A DNA stretch of 64,000 nt from the human T2T-CHM13v2.0 reference genome, Homo sapiens, in the NCBI RefSeq assembly GCF_009914755.1, contig NC_060942.1. One strand, 5' to 3'. The notes below the pieces were generated by a model, which had not been told where the DNA came from, ran no database searches, and was given only the letters and a program-made list of their open reading frames with translations. Shown here piece after piece: positions 13,659 to 28,567 of the stretch (position 1 is the first letter of the stretch; each line of letters begins with the position of its first letter). The position numbers and the translations under genes were made by a program.

Positions 13659-14597
13659 CCATTCTTTTCAGATCATTTACTGGTGTCCATTTCTGTTCTT
13701 TCTTGTTTTCTCTGGATTGTTTTAAGCTCTTGTGTCATTCACTAACCTCCGTATTAAAGAATTTTACAATGAATTATTGTCAGGCAAAAAAGCAGCACAT
13801 TTGATTGTTCTATCAATTGCAGCTATTTGTCATTTGTTACTTTGGAAAATAGGTAGGGGCAATTTTCTCTTTGGCCATGTTTGAAAGCCTAATCTCACTC
13901 CTTCAATTCATAAAAGAAGTAGCAGAATAAGGTTTTCTCTATTGAGTCCAGAAAGTTGATGTATCAACCTGCTGTTAAATCAAGGAAAACAAGTCATGAT
14001 TATCTGCATCAAAGATGCATTTAGGTGGTAACACATTTCCTTGGCTCTAAGTTGACTTTTTCTAAGATTCCACTGTCATATCTATATAGAAAATAAAAAT
14101 TTAATCAAGTGCTGATCACAAATAAAATTAGAAGAGTTTATGCAAAACCTTCAGGTTGCATAAATATTCCTAATGAGGTTGAAAGAAAAAATAGCCAATA
14201 AAATAAGAAACCTTTTTTGAATAGATGATATTTTATCATTACCTAAGTTCAGTAGGGAACCATGTCAGGTAGGGCTCTGTTTCTTTTTCTAAAGATCTAT
14301 TTTATCTAGCTAAGCAAGACTTATAAACTCTACTTAAATGGAGACAATAGAGACCTCAAAATATCCTCCAAGAGACTACTCACCAAATTATTTGCATTTG
14401 GCTTTAGAATTTGTTTTGAATTTCTGGGAATAAACTGCAAATGATATAGACCTAATTGTTCCATATTTATGTATTCATTTCCATATCCAGGTGCAGTTCT
14501 AGGGTAAAGGGTGACTAGATCAAGTAAGTTTCCTGCACTCCAATTTCTTAAAGTTGACTGGGAAAGGCAGAACAATCGCTCATTGATACTTAGGGGC

Positions 14598-14639
14598 GTC
14601 TACGGCCATACCACCCTGAATGAACCAATCTCATCTGAT
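14598..14639 (+). pseudogene. 5S rRNA 5' fragment (tailless retropseudogene)
   Basis: GTCTACGGCCATACCACCCTGAA equals 5S rRNA nt 1-23, then a decayed match (tgaaccaatctcatctgat) to about nt 43. Flanked by 14-bp direct repeats tgatacttaggggc (14584-14597) and tgatatttaggggc (14636-14649). Confidence 0.9.
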
Positions 14640-14945
14640 ATTTAGGGGCTATGATAAAATTCTCTACACTGTTATGGAAATGTAGAGGAAAGGTGTCACA
14701 TCTAAACATGGGTCTGAAGAGCTAAACTAAGAAGGCCATATTTGAACCACATTTTAAAGGACTATTAGGTATCAGTGAACTTTGTGGAAGGGAGGAAATG
14801 AGGGGAACTCCACAGAAAGGAAATAAATGCACTTCCTACTTAGAAAACTAATCGTACCCCCATCTCTACACTGGTCAACTCTACAAATCTGACTTCAACA
14901 GAAAAAGCTTGTTCCTGTAGGCTAACCAGAGATCCATGCTTTTGA

Positions 14946-15376
<431 letters not shown>

Positions 15377-17162
15377 TGAAACATCAGCAAGGCCAGTTAA
15401 GTAGAAAGTCACGCCAGTTTTCAAGAATGAAAGCATCATCAAAATGTCTTATATTTTAATAGTTCTATAAATTTTAAATGACAATAAGGGAGAGTTTTAT
15501 ATTCTCTAAGCAATAGCCTGTAAGGGAAACATTTTTCTTCACTTCACAGCAAAGCATGTATTTAAGACGTTAATAAATATGAAAACAACCTTTATCATCA
15601 AATCATAGCAAATCTGCACAGAACATAAGAATTAGATAGAATTAAGAATTTCTGCTTATGCTGAAGACAAAACAGGATTATTTTGTCTACATTTTCCAAA
15701 GATTATTAATAAAAGCTAACTCCAGTGGGAACTAGATACAATGATTTATTATTTTCACACAAAAAAGTCTTACTTGCATCTTCTAATAAAATAACATGAA
15801 ACTGATGCAGTGCTGTTTTTAATTCTGCTACATAATTTTGGGCTGATAGCATATTTTCTGTGTGTATATATATATATATATATATATGATGAAAACTTTT
15901 TCACTCTGTTTTCAAATGTAGCTCATTTTGGATCATTTAACTTTAATGTCATTATCTTAAGGGCTAAATTTAGTAAAAGCAATAAAGCTTGAATCTAATT
16001 ACTTAGTCAATAGGCATTTATTAAAGGTCTTCTATTTAAATACCTCTTCTCTGATCCCCTTCAAATCAGAATTAAAAATAGCACTGCATCAGTCCCATGT
16101 CACTGTATTGTAAGACACCATACTTTCCCCAGAATTCTGTGGAGAAATGGAAAGACACTGAAACAACACAGGGAGGAGCCACCATCTTTGACTGAATTGG
16201 CTTTGGACTCCCATCATTTTCTCTGCAGTCAGTCAACCCATTTGTCACATAATTCACCATTTAATTTAATCTCTAGTCTCCATTTGTCTTATTATTCCCA
16301 AATGACTTTCAATTTTCCTTTTGGAAATTACCAAATTTCTTCATTTAACTAATCCTCTATATAATGAAAACATTATTTGTGTTTCTAGTCCAGAGAAAAA
16401 GTTATTTACTCAATTAAAAATTTGAACATAGCTGCAAGCTATCTGAAAAAGGCATCTTCATGAAAAAGCACTTCATCATGAAGAGAAAAATAAAAAACTT
16501 TATAGAACCCTTTAATGTCTTTATTCTCCCATAATGAAATTTAATTATTTACACATTATGTGTAGACTAAAAAGTTTGAAAGATAAAGCAAATTACAAAG
16601 GCACTCGGTCTATGGGAAAATAAACATTTTAAAATGCAGTGGGTGGGTTCAGATTATTGCATTTGTATTGAATCTCTGTTCTGTAAAAAAATATAAAAAT
16701 GAAAGGTGAAAGATAATTTAGAGAAAAACACCAATTAAATAGTGATAGAAAAAAATTAACATGCAATAAAAGATTAAAAGACTTCAATACATAGAGCTTG
16801 CCTAAGAAAGAAGAATTAAAAAGCATAGTTGTAATATTTGAAAGGTGGTGACTGTCAAAAACAGATTTATAAAACCAAAGCTTTGTCTAAAAGTCAAAGA
16901 AATTCAGCTTATGTGCAGCAAAACTGTTAGCTCCAAGTATACAGACTACAAAGGTTAATACTTTTGAGGTGAAGTTTTAGGACTGATCTTATTGAGCCAA
17001 ATACTAGAAAATCATGAAAAGAATGAACTGATACTGTTTCTCACATTTTTCTACATGAACTCAGAGCTATCTCCAGCTGTTACAGGATGTCACTCTTGCT
17101 ACTCTGCAAATGTCTTTCCCTCTCCACCCCAGGCATCTCCCTCACTCCTCCCAGACTCCTCC

Positions 17163-17330
17163 AACACACACTCATACACTCACAAAATATGACTACAAAT
17201 GCACACTCACACACACTCATCAAAACTGCTGTGTGCACACACACCCACACATTACACATACAGTGCTATGCACACTCACACCCACATACTCACACACACT
17301 GATATACACGCACGCTCACTAACACACACA
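17163..17330. repeat. CA-rich low-complexity tract
   Basis: Degenerate (CA)n; source of the His/Thr-rich ORFs at 17087-17322. Confidence 0.85.
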
Positions 17331-17457
17331 TCATCATTTTCTCTCTGCTTGCCCTGATACTTTCACTCTGCTGAGCCTTTGGCATAGCTCCTCAGTTTCT
17401 GCCTAGCTAGGCTAACAGCCTTCCAGAGCACCATATACTAAACCCACCTGCCCATCC

Positions 17458-17568
17458 CACTAGACTCTATGATTATTGAGAGCAGAAATGGTGTGTTTTT
17501 CATATAACCTCCTAGCACAGTGCCTGGCATATGGAGAGTTCACAATAAATATTTGTTAAAGGAATGAG
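17458..17568 (+). mobile_element. L2 3' end
   Basis: ctagactct...cctagcacagtgcctggcatatggagagttcacaataaatatttgttaaaggaatga. Confidence 0.75.
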
Positions 17569-18194
17569 TCCTGAATTGTAAGAATCTCTCTTCCTCTCTC
17601 TCTCTCTTTGAAATAGTTTACAGTTCAGTCTTTAGTGTGACAATATGTACTCTACTTTTATTATTCTTGCTATTCTTATTCTTATATGCTACTACACTAC
17701 TAAAATGCTGAAGCACTGTCTGCAAGAGACATCTTTATCTGCTGGTAGGAGCCCATGAATACCTCTCATTGCTGTGATGGGAGACTTCTTTGTTCCAGCA
17801 CTTACAGAAATTCTGCATTTAGTTCTGCTTGAAAGAGTCCACTCCAGTTTCATAGAAGCCTTTTACTGTATGATTGCTTTCTTCGTCTCATTAAACCCTG
17901 GGACAAAAGACTTAACACAAAGAAGGAGTGAATTATATATTTCTTAAATGTCTGGGCATGCACCGACTTACTGCTTAAAGAGAATATTGGCACCAAGGTG
18001 CTTTGACATATTTAACGTTCTGATTTTTACTCCCAAATAGCACATTAGATATTTTCATCCTTATCTGTAGAGAACTGGAAATACTATTACAAAGAATAAT
18101 GCAAAAAAGATTTTAATTGCGTGTGACTTTACATTATTTTTACATCGTGGAGTCTTCTGAAAATTTTAAAACATTAAAAATTTAAAAGAAAAAC

Positions 18195-18322
18195 ATACCT
18201 AATGTTAAATGACGAATTAATGGGTGCAGCACACCAATATGGCACATGTATACATATGTAACAAACCTGCACGTTGTGCACATGTACCCTAAAACTTAAA
18301 GTATAATAATAAAAAAAAGAAA
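18195..18322 (+). mobile_element. Heavily 5'-truncated young L1 (L1PA3/PA4-like) with 12-bp TSD
   Basis: atacctaatgttaaatgacg...gtaccctaaaacttaaagtataataat plus A-tail; TSD aaaagaaaaaca at 18184-18195 and 18323-18334; TTT/AAAA endonuclease site. Confidence 0.93.
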
Positions 18323-19973
18323 AAAAGAAAAACAATAATCATAGTGTCTCCCTTGACAGAAATTTCAAACATTTCTTGATACATAGCATGTAAATTGGTT
18401 TAACCTATAATATTTTGGTTGACTGTTAGAAAATATTTTAAATCTTGTATACATTTTATAAATACTTATATATCTAATAAAAGTACGTTCAATATATGCT
18501 TTTGTTGCTCCTATAAATTTTTTCTATGAAGTCTGGCATTTACTTCCTAAAAGAAAAAAGTTTTGTTTTTTGTTTTTTGTTTTTTGTTTTTGTTATTTTT
18601 AGTAGCCTCCACAAATGGTGCATTTATTATATTGGTAGCCTTGTGGTTGGAAAGGATTATTTTCTGGGTTCCTAAGGAAATGCCTGAGCAGCTAATCCCA
18701 GGCCTCTGACTCCACTCAAGTGAGGGAACCAGGCCCTCTTGAAAATCTTCCTGATCCTTGACATAGTTTGATAGTATGCCTTACATCAGTGAGGGGATGG
18801 TCCCTGACACATGCAAACTGTACTTTCGTAAATAAAAGTGCTTTTCATGATAGGAACATTGGAACTATTATTTTTATTAGAACAGGATCCCATGGGGAAC
18901 TGCATGTTCTTTCTTTTGTTATTTTTAAAAGTATGTCATGGTCTTGAGAAAAGTAAAAATAAATGATAAATTTGTCTTCACATCTCATTGATGAAACTTA
19001 TTTTTGCTGCAGCATGACTAAGCTCAGAAAGAAAACATTACCCAAATTTGATGGTGTTGACCATCAAGGAGAGCCCAGTGTTGGTATTTAGATCCCAAAA
19101 GTCAAGAAAACCTGTCACAGATAACTTTTCATGGGGCATTTAAAATGCCAAGACAAAGGGTGAGGTGTCATCCACAGAGAGCAACAAGAGATTTACAGAG
19201 AATCCATATTACACTATTCTAGTACAGATTTATGCTGTATGGAAAAGTCAGAAACTTCTCTGGGCAGACGTCAATGGAAAGTTCTTATCCAATTTCTGTA
19301 CAGTGATATTGGAGCTTGGCCTAAAATATTAAACCTGAGACCCCTTTTCAAATTTCTGCATAGTAAAATAGCTGGAAGACTTGGTTGATTTCCAATTCTG
19401 TTTTGATGCTGACCAATGATTTGAGGCACAGATATGATCCTAACCCTTGGCTACCTCACTCGCACAGGGCTTACACCAAAGTCAAATTCACTTATGTTTA
19501 TGAAAGCCTGTGAAAACTTTAGATATGACAGGATTTTGTGTTGATGTAACACATTCTAATGTTTTAAGCAAGAGGAAAATGTGATTATAAAGAAATTGGG
19601 AGGTAATCATAGAAAAAAAAAGCAATGATCTAATCAACGTCTTAGGTAATTGGAATTTTCCAAAGAGAAGAGATACTTTTAAATTCTACCCCAATTTTTT
19701 TAAAAAATAAGAATAGCCTAATTTGTATTGTTTACAAAGAAAAATGATCACATTCTAGAGCTGATTTATGATCCATTACAATTCAGAATGACTTGGGGAT
19801 CAGGTCTTCAACTCATACAAATCTAAGTCACTTTCAGGAAAACATTCATTTGTTTAATCTAACCTGACATTTTTTCAACTATTACACTTATATATTTATT
19901 TTCTATTTTATATTTACTTAATTTACATTGACATAAAATTAAATGTATTTATTATGCAAAGCATGTTTTGAAG

Positions 19974-20032
19974 TATATATATGTGTCTATATATATATTA
20001 TATATGTGTGTGTGTATATATATATGTATATA
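19974..20032. repeat. (TA)n/(TG)n compound microsatellite
   Basis: Seen directly in the sequence. Confidence 0.85.
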
Positions 20033-20373
20033 AAATGTAAAGCATGATGGCTAATTTATTATTTTAAGTAAATTTTCCTCCCCAAGTAAAATCAATCTAA
20101 ACTATGCTATATAAGAAACAAATATTCTCAGACTATTATTTGTAAATAAGGTAAAGTACTACAAATAAGATAAACCACTTAAAAATATAATGTCAAAGAG
20201 TAGGAAATAATTTTTGGGACTTATTTTCACTTCCTAAATACAGTTTTTTGTTGTTTTTTTAAAGGCAGGTTCTTAACTCTTGCCAGTTACCTGGGAAAAC
20301 AGTTAAGGAAATATTCTTCTTCCATCATTCCTAGGGAGCATTGCTTGACTGGTGATGTTGTGGTTACTTTCAG

Positions 20374-20493
20374 AGCTGGAGGCCGAGGAGTGGTGCAAGC
20401 ACCTCTGCATGGAGTGTCTGGGGACCAGGCTCAATGACATCAGCCTTGGGGAGCCCGACCTTCTGGCCGCAGGAGTGCAGCGGGAACAGAATG
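20374..20493 (+). CDS. DOK6: DOK6 internal coding exon (probably exon 4), PH-domain C-terminus and linker
   Basis: Acceptor tactttcag|AG at 20373/20374 and donor AATG|gtaggt at 20493/20494; 120 nt, phase 1-1. Encodes (E)[39 protein letters not shown], which I recognise as DOK6 (DOK4/5/6 subfamily). Exon number is from memory. Confidence 0.95.
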
Positions 20494-20597
20494 GTAGGTG
20501 TGAGATTGCCTTCCATCACTTCAGAATACCCTTGTAATTGTAGAACTTTGAAACTGGAAAGGATCTCAGAAATGTTTCAGACCAATCATATTTTTTA

Positions 20598-21022
<425 letters not shown>

Positions 21023-21533
21023 CTAATAACTAATAGGTTAACTTGTTCTTCAGAAGGCTTTTGAATGGCTAGCATCCCTCCAGTTTCTTCTTGGAGACTT
21101 ATTATAGATTTAGAGTCTATATTAACAGATTTGGCTTATCAGGTTATCGGTAGCTTTTAGGACATTTGGCTAATATTACAAGGAAGAAAGTAATGAGTAA
21201 AATCTCAGGGTTTCACAAAACTGAGGTTTTTGTTTCTAATGGTGTTGACTTACTACACTGTTCTCTAGTTTAACAAGCATTTCTAATGTCTCATAACAAT
21301 TTATGCAGCATGTTCTTGACTAGCAACTCTAAATAACAGAATTGGAGTAATATTATTCAGCCTGTCAATATTCATTGATTGTGAGCTCATTTATAAAAAT
21401 ATGATCACCACCACCAGATGATTGAATAGTGTGAAAATAGAAACTTTTTAGTGTTGCTAAGTTTTGATGATCGGTGTTTTGAAAGGTTGAAGGATATTGA
21501 GGAAACGACATTATTTATTAAGAAGAAATTCTG

Positions 21534-21854
<321 letters not shown>

Positions 21855-24800
21855 TCATAAACTAAATAGCATAGGTAAAAGAGCACATGATAGCACATGA
21901 TGATTATATTCTCATTATTACTAATAACAATACTGTCAACAGCCATTGCTAGCTCATGGCCCATTGTAGCACTATTTTTTATTTGTTGCTAAAATGAAAA
22001 AAGTTTTTTTCTGCTCATGGATCATGAACATATATAATAAGTTCCAAATATTGCTTCCATTTGAGTTTTTAGAAAGTCACAAAAGTATTTCTGTAGCTCT
22101 TTATCTAGCTTCTGGTTTATATTCCAGTTCCTCTCCCACACTCTCTCAAATTTCATCTCTGATTTGTTTTCTGAGAGCAGTGCTAAGCAGAGTCCATAAT
22201 CATGCTGTTTAAAATGTATGCTCTCCATTCACAGTTTAAGAAAAGGAAACACCTCTTACTGATAAAAATTTGTCAAGTACTACATAAAGCAAATATGAAA
22301 AAGTGAATAAATTAAGCTTGTAAATAGAAATACTGTGCCTCTTGTAGCATGGACTGTATGCTTTTTACTTTGAAGATTTGGAGATATATATGGTTTCCAT
22401 CCAAATGTATAATGTACTTCTTTGGTTTATCATAATTTTATTTCTAATTTGATAATAAGGTCAAAGTAATTTGTCTAGAATATAAAGAGAAATTTTTAAT
22501 ATAGGTTTATTTTAGAATAGGACAAACAGAATAAGGTGCCAAAGCTACATAAAAAGCAGAAGGTGACTTTAAAACACATACACACACACACACAACACAC
22601 ATACACACACAAGTCAAAATAAAGAAAGAAAAAATAATTCCTGTGTATACTTTACAGTGGACCTAAAATTATATCACCAGTGCTATAAATGCTTTTCTTA
22701 GATTAATTATGTTTAATAATCCTAACTTCAAACAAAAGGATATATGTGCTTTAAAAATATAGTTAACAAATCTATGAGTAATTTAGCTGGAAAAGGTAAT
22801 ACTGGGTTTATTTAAATGGCCCACAAAGATACATGATATCCTATAAGGAAATTTGCAACTTTAGTACACATGCTGGGAGACAGACACGTACTCACTAAGA
22901 CTCTTCAATGTTTAGCATTAAAAGAAAATTCCTGGATGGGGAGGATTTCCTGTCCCTGGGAATCTCCTTCCCCTTAAAGGAAGTTCCTTATTTGACTGCC
23001 AAGGCCACGGATACAGCCATTGCTCAGGGTTCGTCAAGTCTGCACCCCCCTCTTTAAAGAACTTCCATAACTTTTGATGATATCCCTTTTCTGTGTTCCT
23101 CTTGGCCCATTCAGAGCCAGCTAGAACTTTTTAAAATTTGCATCAACACGTTAGGAGAATAATAAAAGGAATAAACATTGAGGCAATATCAAGATTTCAG
23201 ACTCTATTCTTGCTAGCTCAATAATCTAGTGTGTATACACAGAGACAACTATACACACACAGAGATTGGCACAATTTCTTAGGTGTATACCCCAGTGTTC
23301 TCACTTTCTAATCAACAGGCTTCCCCCATACTTATGATAATTCCAATTTAGAATGCTCTCTCAAACAATTACCAGTAGGCTATAAAACCTCATGGTAAAG
23401 ACTAAGATATCTCATCCGTCAACTTGGACCCTCCCACCCAGTCCTTGGAGTAGGTAGCTATTTCTTAGACAATATACTCACTTATTTTACTTAAATGTGT
23501 AGGGAAAGCATTTTAGCTAACTGAAGTCTTTAAAAATAAAATTGACTTTTAAAGCTGTCATTTCACTGACTCTCAATCACTCTTCCAGACTCTTCAAGCA
23601 TAACACCTTTTAAAATAAAATCATTAACTTACTAATACATGGTTGAAGTCACTAATATATATAGATTGAATAATCTTTTATCAAAGAATTAGCACGATAG
23701 ATTGTTTATTAAGACATTTTAGTATTAAATTATATAGCTGAATCTTCATCAGGAACATGATTTTATTATTTTGCCAATAATGTGCTTGGATAGTTTGAAC
23801 TTTTTCTACTAAGAGATATGTGTGCAGAATTACTGTAATTAACTACATTAACATGGTTTGTGGTGATCTTGTAGTATTCTATCAGTATCAAGTCACACCG
23901 CTTAGTCTTTACCACAGCAATTTTTTGACATTCAAAAATGCTACTTCTCTTCTTGTGTTTTCCTGCCTCTTCAGACAGCCTGAGACTAGCTAAGAAGAGA
24001 CATTTATACAAATAATTTTTAAAGGTGAAAGATAATGTGTGTTGCTGAGATAAAAGTGGTTATTGATTAAATCCTTTGCTGTAATCATCTTTATCTACTG
24101 CTGTCAGCTTGTTTTCATATCGACCCAGAATCCCACATGGTATGGGGAAAGTTACATGAACACAAGTTCACATGCACATGTGCATAAACAGACACACACA
24201 CACACACAGAGGAAAATGTGTTCTGATTTCAGATGACACTGCCACAGGAAAGTGCATACTTGGTAGACATTTCAAAGTTTAAATTCTTAAAATTTCCAGG
24301 ATCTCCAGGTCTTTCAGTAGTATTTAAGATAGCCTATACTGACCATAAAAAATATTAATATATGGCATTACAGTTATTTATAAAGGATTCACAACACATA
24401 ATAGCAATTGTGGAAAACAAATGTTGCTTATTCATCATGAATAGCAAAAGTGAACGTCGTAACCAAGAAGCAATTCACTTGTAGGAAATTCCTGCAAATG
24501 CAGTTGGAAATGGACACAAAGGATAGGTCCAATTTGCTACTGATGCAAGAGATCTCCATCTGGAACAAAAATAATGGAACCTCAGACTGCCATCTGGTTT
24601 ATTCAGAGTCAGACTGAAGGGTTTGCCTTTCTCTGGGACCCAGTGTCTCTGCTCATGAGTGGGCTACATACATTTCTTCTTTTAGCCTAAAGATCTGTAT
24701 AACTTGTCTCAGAACCAAAGCAATATGCTAGTGTTGTTTCTAAATTATTACCTGGTTGCTATGGTAAACATGCTTCCTACATTCAACTCAGACACCCTTG

Positions 24801-24959
24801 AATGTCATTCATTCATTCTGGACTCAAACATTGTGAGGACCTATGATATGTAAGAACTAAACAAGAAATGTAAAATTGAACAAAATGCTTAGAAGCTCAC
24901 AAAGTAGTAAAGGAGACAAACATAAACAAAGTGCATCAATTCATGTTTTGTAAAATAAT

Positions 24960-25395
24960 GTTGTGTTACCAGTCAACAAAAATCTCAGTAGTACAGACCT
25001 ATAAGCAGATCTTCGTTGTTCAGGCACAGGTAAAAAGGCTAAAGTTGGGCTGAGTTAGACTGGGTTGTGCTGAGACTGGCTCCAAGCTGCAGACAATGCC
25101 AGTGTCTATTTCATCTGTCTCTCAACCTCCTTACACTTGCAACTTCCCAAAGCACACTTCTCAAACAAAAGATAACAGTAATGCATGATAGTATGCCCAG
25201 ATTTGCAACACAATTTGAGCCTTTGAATATTTCATGTCCACTAACATTCCATTGGCCAAGGCAAGTCCTATTGCCAAGCCCAAAGTCCAGAAGCACAGTA
25301 CACCCCATCTATGAGGCCACAATAGCAGTTAGAATGTATGACATACGGAAAGGAAGTGAAAAGCTGATATAAAAAATGATACAATCTACCATCTC
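24960..25395 (-). mobile_element. Old MaLR LTR (MLT1J/K-like)
   Basis: gttgggctgagttagactggg...cattccattggccaaggcaagtcctattgccaagcccaaagtc; boundaries approximate. Confidence 0.55.
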
Positions 25396-25959
25396 AGGTA
25401 TAATAAAAAATATGCCAAAATAAAAACAAAAGGAAAGTACTGTGGTAGAGGTGAGATTAATTCTAATCAAAGTAGCTTACACTTTCCTTTTTATAATTAT
25501 TTCTTATTCCTCTAAATTAGCTTTCTCAATCAGGCAAGTCTGAAACTCTTGATGTCCATCAATGATTAAAGCCAATATTAGCAGCACCTTACTCATGTGG
25601 AAAATAACCAGTTAATGACAAAACAACGGCCACAGTAACAATAGGCCTCTCTCTGTTTTGAGGATTTTCCCCCAATATCTTACTAAGGATCTGGGGTAAA
25701 CCATATTCACTTATATACATATTCTTTATAACCAAACAAAAGAGTTTTCCAGGGCAATAATTTTATCTATGGGATGACCCTGAACAAAACCAACTTTTGC
25801 ATCAGGAAAAAAAAAAAAACAAGCACACTCACATCTGAGTTTCTAAAACGCCATTCATATGCTCTAGTCTTGCCCAAAGTGAGTTCCTGGAAATGCTACT
25901 CTGACAATAATGACGACCTGCTCTCTGCAGTGAGGGAATCAATCTGTTGAACTTAACAC

Positions 25960-26432
25960 TGTATCACAATTGTGTCCCTTCCAAGAAGATATGTTGAAAT
26001 CCAAACCCTCCATAACTTAGAATGTGAATTTATTTGGAAATAGTTTCTTTGTAAAGGCAATCAAGTTAAAATGAGGTAATTAGGGTTGGCCATAATCCAA
26101 TGACATCTAATATGTCACTGTAAAGTGGGAAGATTTGGACTCAGAGATAGATATGGACAAGTGAAGATGATGTGAAGATGCACAAGAAGATGGCCATGTG
26201 GCTGGAGTGATGACACGTCCACAAGCCAAGGAACATCAAGCATTGCCCATTAACACCAGAAGCTAGAAAAAGCAAGAAAGGATTCTTCCGTTGAGCAGCC
26301 AGAGAGGGGATGGCCCTGCCAGTACTCTGATTACAAACTTCTAGCCTCCAGAACTATGAGATGATATATTACTGTTATTTTAAGCCAACCAATTGTTGGT
26401 ACTTTGTTATGATAGCCCTAGGAAACAAATAC
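25960..26432 (+). mobile_element. MLT1C-like solo LTR
   Basis: aattgtgtcccttccaagaagatatgttgaa...ccacaagccaaggaac...agccctaggaaacaaatac. Confidence 0.82.
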
Positions 26433-27899
26433 CAGCCCTGTATGATAGTCACAATATACATTAGTAAAGCTGTTGAGAAGTCCTATAATAATCTGTTTAA
26501 CTTTGTATAACCCAACATTTCCCAAACTCACGTGACCTAGGTGCCTCCTTCTGCACCTAACATGTATTCATATCCTGTGGGACTTGTGTTCCACGAAACA
26601 CATATTTACAAATGCTGATATAATCAGCAAAGGTTATTATCTACAGGGAAAGCTGAAAGGCAATGATTATGGAAGCAGCCCCTCTAGAAGAAATAAGATG
26701 ACACTAATGGATGAAACACAAAGTCTTGAATGGACCGTAGCAATTTTGCCTGCCATTGTGTTGTACCATTTTACTTTTATTATTTGATTTATATAGACAC
26801 CACCTATAAATTTGAAAAATACAAATTATAACCACCACTTTTCTCACTTGGTCTTCAATACACACTACACCAGAAAAAGGTCAAAGCTATATTTATTTCT
26901 CCCTATACTTTGCCACAGATGCTTCAGGAAAGCAAAAGATGTTTTGTAGTGCTTCTCTTCTCACAATGTCAAATCTAAATGATCCATTTGTTCATGTCTA
27001 ACTGTACTGTTATAAAGGAGATGTATATGTGAAGAAATACCTTGAAGCACCAAAGGACCGATCCTGGTTCTTTTGCCCTGGGAACATGCCCTCTGTACAG
27101 TAAGAATAAAGATGCAGATTTTGAAAGTATTCACAGCTATGTAAGGAGAAAAGCTTATGGGGGAGAATACTGAATCCAGAATTACTGCTCCCAGGTATGT
27201 GCAACAAGATGAAAAGAGTGGCTTGAAAAGAAGAGTTTTATGGAAAATAAGAAATAGATCCCTTCCTTGCCTTTCCTCTTTTCATGGGAGGTCAAGTGGG
27301 TAGTGACACGTGCTTATATCATCCTGTATAAATTGGAGGTTTCTTCAAAAGAAGACTAGAATGTGATTTTCCCTGTTGGGTTTAACGAAAGGCATAGGAC
27401 AAGTAGCAGACAATGTTATTGGAAGCCAGAGAGATTTAAGAAAGTAAAGAGCCTCAATTTTCTCAAAACTGAGTGTGGCATGGAGAGGGTGCTCAACTTT
27501 TCCTTAGTTACAGGCTGGACCCCAGATATTATCTGGAAGCAGAAACTGACATGGCACAGGAAAGCAGGGACAAGGAACTTTATTGGCATACAGGCGCATA
27601 CAAATGAGATAAGATGACCCCTTTTCCTCTGCCAGCTCCTGTGACTAAATCACTTCTGCCAGCTTTCAATTCAGCCTAGAGGAAAAGGCAAGGGTGCTCA
27701 GGGATTGAACTTTGAATAACAACAACAAAAAAATGGGTTAAGTGAGTCCTCATTTGACAGAAAATTAACGCAATTTAACACAAAAAGAAACAATATAATC
27801 TTTCTAAATTCAATATATAATATTGGGATTTCATTTTTTGGTATACGTAAGTTTCGATTATCCATTTTTTTTTCCTGCTGTACTAAAACAAAATATTGT

Positions 27900-28135
27900 A
27901 TGAAGCTGGAAAGTCAAATACGTAGCCTGTCAGAAAAAAGTTGACAAAGTTAGTATGTCATCAAGTTCTATTCTAGTTTTTACATGCTATGGGGCCTTGG
28001 TCAGATTAGTGAAATTCTCTTAATCTCTGCTTCCTACTCTGCACATTGAGGATAATGATAGTCCTTATTTCAGAGGATTGTTGTGAGGACTAAATAAGAT
28101 ATGACTTGGAAAACAGGCAGTACAATGCCTGGCAG
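27900..28135 (+). mobile_element. MIR
   Basis: ccttggtcagattagtgaaattctcttaatctctgcttcc...cagaggattgttgtgaggactaaataaga...caatgcctggca. Confidence 0.7.
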
Positions 28136-28140
28136 GAAAG

Positions 28141-28312
28141 TCAGTTTCTCTGGGATGTGCGTGAACATCTCCATCACATTCACATTGGGTGCACATTAAA
28201 CAAGGGAATTCTGGGCTCACCCACACCTACAAAGTAAATATCTGGAGGTGGAGCCTAGACATTTCTATTTTAACAATTCTAGTGATGCTCATATATACAT
28301 TAAAGCTTGAAA
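28141..28312. mobile_element. MER5-like hAT DNA transposon relic
   Basis: ttctgggctcacccacacctac...atctggaggtggagcctagacatttctattttaacaa. Confidence 0.6.
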
Positions 28313-28567
28313 TTTGGGGGTAATGTACTGTCAATTATAATTGGCTTAAGAAAAATCTACCATTGATTTTAGGAATTTGCCCATTGCTTGAAAAGTTTCA
28401 AAATTACTGGCAAAAATTTCATCAGAGTATCTTTGCGTTATAATTTTAACATCTTTTTGTAGTACGGTGGCAACCTTTGCATTCATTCCTTTTGGTCATG
28501 TGTGGCTTCTTTTCTTAGTCGGCATCACTAGACACGTGCCTATGTGTTAAACCTCTTTTCTGTATTT

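Noticed and set aside
14598-14639. Functional 5S rRNA gene
   Set aside because: Only about 42 of 120 nt, mutated, and lacking the internal promoter and terminator.
20352-20537. 61-aa ORF as a standalone gene
   Set aside because: It is the DOK6 exon read through its splice sites; the flanking residues are intronic.
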